Shown: in pieces, positions 18,558-27,436 of the stretch
Position numbering within the stretch: the first letter of the stretch is position 1
Layout: every line of letters starts with the position of its first letter
Assembly (NCBI GenBank): GCA_017559855.1
Contig: JAFYQP010000005.1
Coordinates: 1-54,311 of the forward strand
Direction of reading: 5' to 3'
DNA from: Clostridia bacterium
Lineage (GTDB): Bacteria > Bacillota > Clostridia > Oscillospirales > JAAYXM01
DNA length: 54,311 bases
Position numbers and translations under genes: made by a program
The notes under the pieces: model-generated
What the model was told of the DNA's origin: nothing
The model's database searches: none
What the model saw: only the letters and a program-made list of their open reading frames with translations

Positions 18558-20423
18558 TTAAAAATTCAAATACATCATAAGTGCGGTCATATCCGCAGGG
18601 CTTACGCCGGAAATACGGGATGCCTGACCGAGAGAGCGGGGACGCACTTTCGAAAGTTTCTGCCGAGCCTCAATGCGAAGTCCCGCAATGGATTCATAAT
18701 CTATATCCTGAGGAAGAAGCCTCTCCTCCATGCGTTTGAATTGCTCAATCTGAGCAAATTGACGCTTTATGTATCCCTCATATTTAAGGGCAATTTGAAC
18801 CTGCTCTATTATATCGTCGGTTATATTCTCCGGACGATGGGTGTCAAATTTTGCAATATCATCGTAAGAAACCTGGGGACGACGAAGAAGGTCTGCAAGA
18901 CTTGCACCCGTCTTAAGTGCTGCGGTACCAAGACTTTCGAGTAATGTGTTAAGGACCGCAGACGGAGGTAAAACGGTACTTTCAAGGCGAGTACGCTCAA
19001 GTTCGACCAATTGATATTTTTCCACAACCTGTGCATAAGTTTTATCACTTACAAGGCCGATTTTATTGCCGAGTTCGCTTAGGCGGAAGTCTGCATTGTC
19101 CTGACGAAGAACAAGGCGATATTCGGAACGAGAGGTCATCATACGATAGGGCTCGTTTGTGCCTTTGGTTACAAGATCATCAATCAAAGTGCCAATATAC
19201 GCCTGAGAGCGGTCTAAAACGAAGGGTTCTTCGCCTTTTATTTTAAGACTTGCGTTAATTCCAGCAATAAGACCTTGTGCCGCCGCTTCTTCATAACCGG
19301 AGGTGCCGTTAAACTGTCCTGCACCGTAAAGGCCGGAAATCTGTTTTGTTTCCAGAGTGGGCAGCAACTCCTGAGGATTTATACAGTCATACTCTATTGC
19401 ATATGCCGGACGCATAACCTTCGCGTTCTCAAGGCCGGGAACCGAGTGAATCATCTGAATCTGAACGTCTTCCGGAAGGGAGGAGGACATTCCCTGAATG
19501 TACATTTCTTCGGTGTCAAGGCCCATTGGCTCAATGAAGAGTTGGTGCCGCTCTTTATCGGGGAAGCGGACGATTTTATCCTCAATTGACGGGCAATAAC
19601 GTGGGCCGACACCCTCGATATTACCTGAGAAAAGAGGTGAACGGTGCAAATTTTCACGGATAATGCGGTGGGTTTCCTCTGTTGTATATGTCAGGTGGCA
19701 CATTGCACGGTTTTCCGGCGGGGTTTGTGTTGAAAATGAGAACGGAATAACCTGCTCATCGCCGTATTGAGGCTCCATTTTTGAAAAATCAATGGAACGT
19801 GCATTGATTCGTGCGGGGGTACCGGTTTTGAAACGCATAAGGGAAAGCCCCATTGCTTTTAATGATTCGGTAAGAGAATTTGCTGCAAACATACCGTCCG
19901 GACCACCGTTTTGGGACACATCCCCCACGATTGTTCTGCCGCAAAGATACGTGCCGGAGGCGATAATCGCCGCCTTTACCGGATGGGTGGCGCCGGTATG
20001 TGTGACAACCGCAGTCACCTTTCCGTCGGATACCTCAATATCAACGATTTCCGCTTGTTTTACATCTAAATTCTCCTGCTTTTCAAGTGCGTGTTTCATA
20101 TAAATCTGATATGCACGGCGGTCGGCCTGAGCACGGAGAGAATGAACGGCAGGACCTTTTCCGCGGTTTAACATTCTGTACTGAATACAGGTGGCATCTG
20201 CCGCCCTGCCCATTTCGCCACCGAGAGCGTCAATCTCACGGACGAGATGACCTTTTGCGGTACCGCCGATTGACGGATTGCAGGGCATATTGCCCACCGC
20301 ATCTAAATTTATGGTAAAGCAAACGGTTTTTATGCCGAGACGGGCACAGGCGAGGGCCGCTTCTATGCCCGCATGGCCTGCACCGATTACGGCTATATCA
20401 TATTGTTCTGCAAGGTATTTCAT
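18558..20423 (-). CDS. mnmG: tRNA U34 modification enzyme MnmG/GidA
   Basis: [68 protein letters not shown]. Confidence 0.97.
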   Translation of the reverse strand: MKYLAEQYDIAVIGAGHAGIEAALACARLGIKTVCFTINLDAVGNMPCNPSIGGTAKGHLVREIDALGGEMGRAADATCIQYRMLNRGKGPAVHSLRAQADRRAYQIYMKHALEKQENLDVKQAEIVDIEVSDGKVTAVVTHTGATHPVKAAIIASGTYLCGRTIVGDVSQNGGPDGMFAANSLTESLKAMGLSLMRFKTGTPARINARSIDFSKMEPQYGDEQVIPFSFSTQTPPENRAMCHLTYTTEETHRIIRENLHRSPLFSGNIEGVGPRYCPSIEDKIVRFPDKERHQLFIEPMGLDTEEMYIQGMSSSLPEDVQIQMIHSVPGLENAKVMRPAYAIEYDCINPQELLPTLETKQISGLYGAGQFNGTSGYEEAAAQGLIAGINASLKIKGEEPFVLDRSQAYIGTLIDDLVTKGTNEPYRMMTSRSEYRLVLRQDNADFRLSELGNKIGLVSDKTYAQVVEKYQLVELERTRLESTVLPPSAVLNTLLESLGTAALKTGASLADLLRRPQVSYDDIAKFDTHRPENITDDIIEQVQIALKYEGYIKRQFAQIEQFKRMEERLLPQDIDYESIAGLRIEARQKLSKVRPRSLGQASRISGVSPADMTALMMYLNF

Positions 20424-20439
20424 ATAAGGTCCACCAAAT

Positions 20440-21036
20440 TTATTTTAAATTTCTTGCACGGAAAAGTTTACTTCTGTGCTCCGGTGTAAGAGAAAGTTTT
20501 GTCATCAAAATTTCGCCGTATTTGCAAAGGGAGGCGGGATCACCGTCAATGAGTTCCAACTCCACCTCACGAAGGGGGACGCATTTTATGCCGTCGGGCG
20601 ATAAATAACCGATATCAACACAGAGTTCTGCGGAGAAATCATCGCCTCTGACCACGGCACATTTTCTGAGGTATTCAAACTTTGCCACGGGGAAAAGAGG
20701 CTTTTTCGCGGTTTCGATAATAAAGGAATCCACACCTGCTGAAAGTAGAAGAGGAAGCGCCTCTTCAAGGCAGTTTGCCGCAACCTCCCATTCGCCACGC
20801 CTTGCCAAAGCACCTTTTTCCGTGCCGGGAGTTTTTACGGTAAATACGGATACGTCATTTTCCATACGGTGACGGAGAGATGCCATTGTTTTACCCAAGG
20901 CGTTATCCTCTGTGTCAAGATACGTGCACACCATTTTGATTTCATCAATCGGTGACGGAAAATCTGCTGCCGCAAAAACTTCATTTTCGGTAAGGTTTTC
21001 GGGAAGGGAGTATTTTAATTCTATTTCACAACTCAT
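20440..21036 (-). CDS. CYTH (triphosphate tunnel metalloenzyme) domain protein
   Basis: EIELKY (ExExK), YLDT, SLRHR, FTVK, RGEWE, EVELEL, SKLFRA; no CHAD domain. Confidence 0.85.
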   Translation of the reverse strand: MSCEIELKYSLPENLTENEVFAAADFPSPIDEIKMVCTYLDTEDNALGKTMASLRHRMENDVSVFTVKTPGTEKGALARRGEWEVAANCLEEALPLLLSAGVDSFIIETAKKPLFPVAKFEYLRKCAVVRGDDFSAELCVDIGYLSPDGIKCVPLREVELELIDGDPASLCKYGEILMTKLSLTPEHRSKLFRARNLK

Positions 21037-23621
21037 TTTAAAAACTTCCTGACTAAAACTACGATTTCATGTGCAACAAGCGGCACGAGCGATACGCCGA
21101 TAACAACGCCCCAACTGCCGAAAGAGAGAGGAGACGTTGAGAAAAGCGTTGCAAGGGGCGGAATATAAAGGATAAGGAATTGGAGTGCAAATCCAACGAC
21201 CAGCGAGGTTATAAACAGCGGGTTGTTAAGAATCTTTACGCCAAAAACAGACTTATCCCCTGCTCTTACCGTGATGGAATACACAAGTTGGCTTCCTGCA
21301 AGGGTTACAAGAGCCATAGTTTGTGCGTAGTTAAGATTTTCGGTTGTTACCTGTGTGATTTTAAATGAGCAAAGGGTAACAATTGCGATGATTATACCGT
21401 AGAATATTACCTTAAATCCACCGCCGTCTGCAAAGAGAGACTGATCTGCAGGACGGGGTTTTTTATTCATAACATCAGGACTTCCCGGATCTATTCCCAA
21501 CGCAAGTGCGGGTAGAGAGTCGGTAATAAGGTTAATCCAGAGAATGTGTAAGGGGAGAAGCGGAGTATCCCAGAAAAGAAGTACGGAAACAAGGACGGTT
21601 ATAAGTTCGCCCATATTGGAGGAAAGTAAGAAATAGATTGATTTTCTTATGTTTTCAAATATATTTCTTCCCTCTTCCACCGCATTTGCAATGGTTGAGA
21701 AATTATCATCCGTAAGAATAAGAGATGAGGCATCTTTTGCCGCATCGGTGCCGGTAATTCCCATTGCAACGCCGATGTCCGCCGCTTTGAGTGACGGAGC
21801 GTCATTTACGCCGTCGCCGGTCATTGAAACAACGTGGCCGTGTGCCTTAAGTGCGGCAACGATTCTTACCTTATGTCTCGGATCGACTCGTGCAAAAACA
21901 CAGACGTTTTCAATACAAGCGGAGAGTTCCTCGTCGCTCATATTGTCAAGTTCCGCACCTGATAAAACGGTGTCGCCCTCTTTGCAGATTCCGGTCTGAA
22001 TACCGATTGCGGTGGCGGTTGCCTTATGGTCACCGGTAATCATAACAACGCGGATGCCCGCACGTTTACAGATTTTGATTGACTCTATCGCTTCCTTACG
22101 GGGCGGATCCATCATAGCGACAAGGCCTGTAAATGCAAGGTTTTCCTCTTTGGGAGTGTGATTGCCGCTACGCATTGCAAGAGCAAGGACACGAAGGGCT
22201 TTATCGGACATTTTCTTTGCGGTGTCCTGAATTTGTCGGATATCCTCGTCGGTTATGGGACGGATATCGCCGTTATCCCAGATATGTGTACAGTTGGGAA
22301 TGACCATATCAAGAGCACCTTTTGTATAGGAAATCGTGGTGCCGTCGGCGGAATGTACCGTGGTCATCATCTTACGCTCGGAATCAAAGGGAATTTCATC
22401 GATTCGGGGGAAGGTTTTATTAAGAGAATCGGGGGAAATACCGTGTTTTATCGCAAAATCAATAAGTGCAATCTCCGTGGGATCACCTGTTTTAGCCTCA
22501 CCATTTACCGTTGCGTCGTTGCAAAGGGTAAAGCCGTGGATGAGGGGAAGGATATCCTTTGCGGCGATGGAGTTTGAATTTAAGGTGACGCCGTTGAAAT
22601 ATGCGGAGACGACGGTCATTTTATTCTGTGTGAGCGTTCCGGTTTTATCGGAACAAATTACACTTACGGAGCCTAAGGTTTCAACCGCAGGAAGGTGACG
22701 GACGATAGCGTTTCGCTTTACCATTCGCGTAACGCCCATTGCAAGAACGATTGTAACAACCGCAGTAAGACCTTCCGGAACAACCGCAACCGCAAGGGAA
22801 ATTGAGGTTAAAAGAATCTCGGCAAACGCCTTGCCCTGAAGAAGGCCGATTAAAAGGATTAAAGCACAAGCACCGATTGCCGCAATACCCAGGATTTTAG
22901 AAAGCCCAGCAAGTTTTTTCTGCAGAGGGGTTTTTCCTGCGTCCTGCTCGTTTAACATATCGGCAATTCTGCCAACCTCGGTAGACATTCCGGTTGCAAC
23001 AACGATGCCTTCGCCACGGCCGCCGGTTACAACCGTGCCTTGGAATGCCATGTTTGCACGGTCTCCCAACGGAATATCGCCGTCGGCAATGAAGTCCGGA
23101 TCTTTTGAAACCGGTACGGATTCACCGGTGAGTGCGGATTCATTCACCGCAAGGTTTGACGCAAAAGTAAGGCGTAAGTCCGCAGGGACTACACGTCCTG
23201 CATCAAGCAGTACCACGTCGCCAACAACAAGGTCATCGGCGGAAATTTCCTGAACAATACCGCCACGACGTACGATTGCGTGGGTGACTGTTAATTTCTT
23301 AAGCGCTTCAAGTGCTTTTTCCGCTTTATTCTCCTGTACTACGCCGATAATTGCGTTTAGTACGACGATTGCCAGGATAACAAGGGAGTTTGACCACTCA
23401 CCAACCAATGCAGACAGTATTGCAGCTGCAAAGAGAATGTATATCATAGGTTCGTTAAGTTGCTTTAAAACCATTGAGATAAAAGAGGTCTTCTGATCGC
23501 CTCGAATGGAGTTTGCTCCACTTGCACTAAGGCGTTCTTCAACCTCGGTGGAACTTAAGCCTTCTTTTATGTCAACATCGACTCTTTTTGCCGTTTCATC
23601 GGCACTCAATTTAGCATACAT
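21033..23621 (-). CDS. P-type (P2A, SERCA-like) cation-transporting ATPase, probably Ca2+/Mn2+
   Basis: TGES, VPEGL, DKTGTLT (phospho-Asp), GDPTE, FDSERK, KGA, TGD, GDGVND, LWINLITDSLPA. Confidence 0.92.
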   Translation of the reverse strand: MYAKLSADETAKRVDVDIKEGLSSTEVEERLSASGANSIRGDQKTSFISMVLKQLNEPMIYILFAAAILSALVGEWSNSLVILAIVVLNAIIGVVQENKAEKALEALKKLTVTHAIVRRGGIVQEISADDLVVGDVVLLDAGRVVPADLRLTFASNLAVNESALTGESVPVSKDPDFIADGDIPLGDRANMAFQGTVVTGGRGEGIVVATGMSTEVGRIADMLNEQDAGKTPLQKKLAGLSKILGIAAIGACALILLIGLLQGKAFAEILLTSISLAVAVVPEGLTAVVTIVLAMGVTRMVKRNAIVRHLPAVETLGSVSVICSDKTGTLTQNKMTVVSAYFNGVTLNSNSIAAKDILPLIHGFTLCNDATVNGEAKTGDPTEIALIDFAIKHGISPDSLNKTFPRIDEIPFDSERKMMTTVHSADGTTISYTKGALDMVIPNCTHIWDNGDIRPITDEDIRQIQDTAKKMSDKALRVLALAMRSGNHTPKEENLAFTGLVAMMDPPRKEAIESIKICKRAGIRVVMITGDHKATATAIGIQTGICKEGDTVLSGAELDNMSDEELSACIENVCVFARVDPRHKVRIVAALKAHGHVVSMTGDGVNDAPSLKAADIGVAMGITGTDAAKDASSLILTDDNFSTIANAVEEGRNIFENIRKSIYFLLSSNMGELITVLVSVLLFWDTPLLPLHILWINLITDSLPALALGIDPGSPDVMNKKPRPADQSLFADGGGFKVIFYGIIIAIVTLCSFKITQVTTENLNYAQTMALVTLAGSQLVYSITVRAGDKSVFGVKILNNPLFITSLVVGFALQFLILYIPPLATLFSTSPLSFGSWGVVIGVSLVPLVAHEIVVLVRKFLK

Positions 23622-23658
23622 AAATTTATTCTCCTTTAAGAAGATTATACTTATTTAC

Positions 23659-23688
23659 ATTATATCCCGATATAAGATTTACTGTCAA
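23659..23688 (-). promoter_or_regulatory. Consensus sigma-A promoter of the ATPase-CYTH-mnmG-rsmG unit
   Basis: TTGACA-18 nt-TATAAT on the minus strand. Confidence 0.75.
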
Positions 23689-23711
23689 GAAATAGATTAC
23701 TTTTTGTGTCC

Positions 23712-23739
23712 TTGACTTTTTAAAAAATATGCTTATAAT
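23712..23739 (+). promoter_or_regulatory. Putative sigma-A promoter of the thrS leader
   Basis: TTGACT-16 nt-TATAAT, back-to-back with the ATPase promoter. Confidence 0.65.
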
Positions 23740-23756
23740 ATAGGTATAATGATAAA

Positions 23757-24004
23757 AAGCAATGAAAGGGACGGCAAAAAGTAAAACACTTTTTCCAGAG
23801 AGCAAGGGCCATAAGGCTGAAAGCCCTTGCAAAAAGTCACTTTTTACCTACCACCCTTTGGCTCCCGATTTGAAGTGACAATGTGTAGGGTTGGGCGTAT
23901 GGCGTGCGTTAAACGCAAAATGAGGGGCATTCTTTATGAATGCAAGCAGGGTGGAACCGTGTAAGCCTACACCCCTGGTTTTATCAGGGGAGTGGGCTTT
24001 TTTT
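23757..24004 (+). ncRNA. T-box riboswitch (Thr) upstream of thrS
   Basis: Stem I with AGAGA and GCTGAA motifs, ACC (Thr) specifier at 23850-23852, T-box AGGGTGGAACCG at about 23948-23959, terminator GCCTACACCCCTG...CAGGGGAGTGGGC-T7. Confidence 0.9.
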
Positions 24005-24035
24005 ATTGCTCCCCAAATCTGAAAGGAGAAAAATT

Positions 24036-25979
24036 ATGCCTAAAATCACACTTAAAGACGGATCAGTAATGGAGGTCGCTCAGGGTGCTACCTGTCTGGA
24101 TGTTGCACTCCAGATAAGCGAAGGCCTTGCCCGTGTTGCACTCGTCGCAAAACTTAACGGAAAAGTAGTTGACTTAAAGACCACCATCGAAGAGGATGCA
24201 ACCCTGGAACTTTGCACTTTTGACAGCGAAGAAGGAAAACACGCGTTCCGCCACAGTGCATCCCACGTTCTCGCACAAGCGGTTAAGAGACTTTATCCCG
24301 ATGCAAAACTTGCAATCGGTCCCGCTATTGAAAATGGTTTTTACTACGACTTTGACGCCGCTCCCTTTACCGCAGAAGATTTAAAGAAAATCGAGGCGGA
24401 GATGAAGAAAATCGTTAAGGAGAACATTCCTTTTAAACGCTATACCCTGCCCCGTGACGAGGCAATTGCCTTTATGCAGGAAAAGGGTGAGCCCTACAAG
24501 GTTGAACTTATTGAAGACCTTCCCGAAGGTGAGGAAATCTCCTTCTACGAGCAGGGCGATTTTACAGACCTTTGTGCAGGTGCACACGTGCCGAGTACGG
24601 GTAAAATCAAGGCTTTTGCTCTTACCTCCTGTACCGGTGCATATTGGAGAGGTGACTCCAGCCGTAAGATGCTTCAGAGAATTTACGGTACTGCATTTGC
24701 AAAGAAAAGCGACCTTGATGAATACCTTGCAGCGGTTGAAGAGGCAAAGAAGCGTGACCATAACAAAATCGGCCGTGAACTTGAATTCTTTACAACCAGC
24801 GACGTTATCGGTCAGGGCCTTCCCATTCTTCTTCCCAAGGGTGCACGTGTAATTCAACTTCTTCAGCGTTTTGTTGAGGACGTTGAGCAGCGTGAGGGTT
24901 ATCTTTTGACTAAAACACCTCTTATGGCAAAGAGTGACTTATACAAAATTTCCGGCCATTGGGATCATTACCGTGACGGTATGTTCATTATGGGTGATCC
25001 GGACAATGAGGAAAGTGAGTGCTTTGCACTTCGTCCCATGACCTGTCCCTTCCAATATCAGGTATATTTAAACCGTATGCGTTCATACCGTGACCTGCCC
25101 ATGAGACTTGGCGAGACCTCTACCCTCTTCCGTAACGAGGATTCCGGTGAAATGCACGGTCTTATCCGTGTTCGTCAGTTCACCATTTCCGAGGGACATC
25201 TTGTTCTTCGCCCCGACCAACTTGAGCAGGAGTTCCGCGGTTGTTTTGAACTTGCAAAATATATGCTTGAAACCCTCGGTCTTTTAGAGGATTGCTCCTT
25301 CCGCTTCTCACAGTGGGATCCCAATAATACCGCAAAATATGAAGGAACTACCGAGCAGTGGAATGAAGCACAGGGCGTTATGAAAAAAATTCTTGACAAT
25401 CTGGGAATTGATTATGAAATCGGTATCGATGAGGCAGCATTCTATGGCCCGAAACTTGATATTCAGATCAAGAACGTTCACGGTAAAGAAGATACTCTCA
25501 TTACAATTCAAATTGATATGCTTCTTGCAAAAAAATTCGGCATGGAATACGTTGATACAGATGGTAGCAAGGCAACACCATATATCATTCACCGTACGTC
25601 AATCGGTTGTTATGAGCGTACTCTTGCACTCCTTATCGAGAAATATGCAGGTGCGCTTCCCACATGGATGATGCCTACTCAGGTCAAGATTCTTCCCATT
25701 ACCAGCCGCCAACATGATTATGCTCTCGATATTGAGAAAAAACTTGCAAATTACGGAATTCGTGTAGAAACCGACTGCAGAAGCGAAAAGATCGGCTATA
25801 AGATCCGCGAAGCACAGATGGAAAAGATTCCGTTCATGCTTATTCTCGGCGATAAGGAAATGGAGGACGGCTGCGTTGCGGTTCGTTCAAGAAAAGACGG
25901 TGCAGATCTTGGTACCATGTCGGTTGAGGATTTTGCGAAGATTATTTTAGAACTCAACGCAACCCACTCAAGAGACTAA
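24036..25979 (+). CDS. thrS: Threonine--tRNA ligase
   Basis: Start MPKITLKDG (RBS AAGGAG); TGS domain, HSASH, DLCAGAHVPSTG, RPMTCP, FYGPKLD, IIHR; ORF-track extension lies within the T-box. Confidence 0.97.
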   Translation: MPKITLKDGSVMEVAQGATCLDVALQISEGLARVALVAKLNGKVVDLKTTIEEDATLELCTFDSEEGKHAFRHSASHVLAQAVKRLYPDAKLAIGPAIENGFYYDFDAAPFTAEDLKKIEAEMKKIVKENIPFKRYTLPRDEAIAFMQEKGEPYKVELIEDLPEGEEISFYEQGDFTDLCAGAHVPSTGKIKAFALTSCTGAYWRGDSSRKMLQRIYGTAFAKKSDLDEYLAAVEEAKKRDHNKIGRELEFFTTSDVIGQGLPILLPKGARVIQLLQRFVEDVEQREGYLLTKTPLMAKSDLYKISGHWDHYRDGMFIMGDPDNEESECFALRPMTCPFQYQVYLNRMRSYRDLPMRLGETSTLFRNEDSGEMHGLIRVRQFTISEGHLVLRPDQLEQEFRGCFELAKYMLETLGLLEDCSFRFSQWDPNNTAKYEGTTEQWNEAQGVMKKILDNLGIDYEIGIDEAAFYGPKLDIQIKNVHGKEDTLITIQIDMLLAKKFGMEYVDTDGSKATPYIIHRTSIGCYERTLALLIEKYAGALPTWMMPTQVKILPITSRQHDYALDIEKKLANYGIRVETDCRSEKIGYKIREAQMEKIPFMLILGDKEMEDGCVAVRSRKDGADLGTMSVEDFAKIILELNATHSRD

Positions 25980-25992
25980 TTTAATTATGGCC

Positions 25993-26016
25993 AGGGGGGA
26001 AACTTTCCCCCTTTTT
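25993..26016 (+). terminator. Rho-independent terminator after thrS
   Basis: AGGGGGGAAAC-TTTCCCCCT hairpin followed by TTTT. Confidence 0.7.
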
Positions 26017-26038
26017 GCTTAAGAAAGGGTGTACATTT

Positions 26039-26917
26039 ATGAAAATCTCGGAAATTTTAAAACAAAATAAAGTTACCGTGTCTTTTGAGGCGTTTCCGCC
26101 CAAACAGGACAGTGCCTACGATGATGTTGTGGCGGCGGTTGAAAGTATGTGTGCCCTTTCGCCGGATTTTATGAGCGTTACATATGGTGCAGGCGGCGGA
26201 ACAAGCAAGAACACCGTGAAAATCGCAGATTATGTGCAGAATAAATTGGGTGTAACCGCCCTTGCACACTTAACCTGTGTTTCAAGTACAAAGGAAAAGG
26301 TTTCCTCCGTACTTGACGACCTTGCAAAAAGCAATATAAAAAACGTTCTCGCCCTCAGAGGAGACATTCCGAAAGATGCCGCCTTTCCCCTGCCCAATCA
26401 GTACAAATATGCCTATGAACTTGTGCGTGAGATTAAAGAACGCGGGGACTTTTGCGTAGGTGCTGCGTGTTATCCCGAAGGTCACACCGAATGTGTCCAT
26501 CAGGCGGATGATATTGAGCATTTGAAGCATAAGGTGGACTGCGGCGTTGATTTTCTTACAACGCAGATGTTTTTTGACAACAATGTTTTATATAATTTTC
26601 TGTACCGTATTCGTGAAAAGGGAATTACCGTGCCCGTAATCGCAGGTATTATGCCGGTTACAAACGGCAAACAAATCGCACGTACCTGTGAACTTTCCGG
26701 CACGTATCTGCCCACACGTTTTAAAGCGATAGTTGATAAATTCGGCGAAAACCCCGATGCAATGCGTCAGGCAGGAATTGCCTATGCTACCGAGCAGATT
26801 ATCGACCTTATCGCAAACGGGGTTAATCATATCCACATTTATTCCATGAATAAGCCGGAAATTGCAACCGCAATTATGTCAAACCTTTCCGTAATTTTAG
26901 GCGAGGGCAGAAAATAA
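26039..26917 (+). CDS. metF: 5,10-methylenetetrahydrofolate reductase
   Basis: SFEAFPPK, SVTYGAGG, AHLTC, LALRGD, ACYPEGH, TQMFFD, HIYSMN; start at MKISEIL. Confidence 0.95.
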   Translation: MKISEILKQNKVTVSFEAFPPKQDSAYDDVVAAVESMCALSPDFMSVTYGAGGGTSKNTVKIADYVQNKLGVTALAHLTCVSSTKEKVSSVLDDLAKSNIKNVLALRGDIPKDAAFPLPNQYKYAYELVREIKERGDFCVGAACYPEGHTECVHQADDIEHLKHKVDCGVDFLTTQMFFDNNVLYNFLYRIREKGITVPVIAGIMPVTNGKQIARTCELSGTYLPTRFKAIVDKFGENPDAMRQAGIAYATEQIIDLIANGVNHIHIYSMNKPEIATAIMSNLSVILGEGRK

Positions 26918-27432
26918 TGAGCAGAAAAAGTGAAATTCTGCGATATTTAGGTTATAAAAAAGCAGTACCCCGTAAGGATATAGACGGGGCGATTGACCGA
27001 ATTGAAAAAGAAATAGAATCGGTGGCAGAACCTCGAACGGTAAAGATGAAAATTTCCATCGAAAATATGCCTTTTTGCGGCAAAACCGTGGAAAAGGCGA
27101 TGCACGGATGCAAAAAAGCGATTATTTTTGCCGCAACGCTCGGTGCAGGTGTTGACCGTCTTATTATGCAGAAGGAATGCAGTAATATAAGCGAGGCGGT
27201 AATTGCACAGGCTATTGCCGCCGCTCTTATTGAAGAGGTGTGCGATAAATTGCAGGGTGAATATGAATCTTATCCCAGGGTAAGTCCGGGATACGGAGAT
27301 TTCCCCCTGGCGGCACAAAGGGACATACTTAAAATTCTTAGTGCGGATACAAAAATCGGACTTTCGACGACCGAGGCGTTGATGTTGGTACCCACAAAAT
27401 CGGTTACCGCCATTTTTGCAATTAAGGAGTAA
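26917..27432 (+). CDS. Stand-alone B12-dependent methionine synthase reactivation domain
   Basis: EILRYLGY, FAATLG, RVSPGYGDFPL, LVPTKSVTA; lies between metF and metH. Confidence 0.85.
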   Translation: MSRKSEILRYLGYKKAVPRKDIDGAIDRIEKEIESVAEPRTVKMKISIENMPFCGKTVEKAMHGCKKAIIFAATLGAGVDRLIMQKECSNISEAVIAQAIAAALIEEVCDKLQGEYESYPRVSPGYGDFPLAAQRDILKILSADTKIGLSTTEALMLVPTKSVTAIFAIKE

Positions 27433-27436
27433 ACTT

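Noticed and set aside
23940-24035. N-terminal extension of ThrS and the minus-strand ORF 23626-23832
   Set aside because: Both overlap the T-box leader or promoters; no RBS or recognisable protein features.
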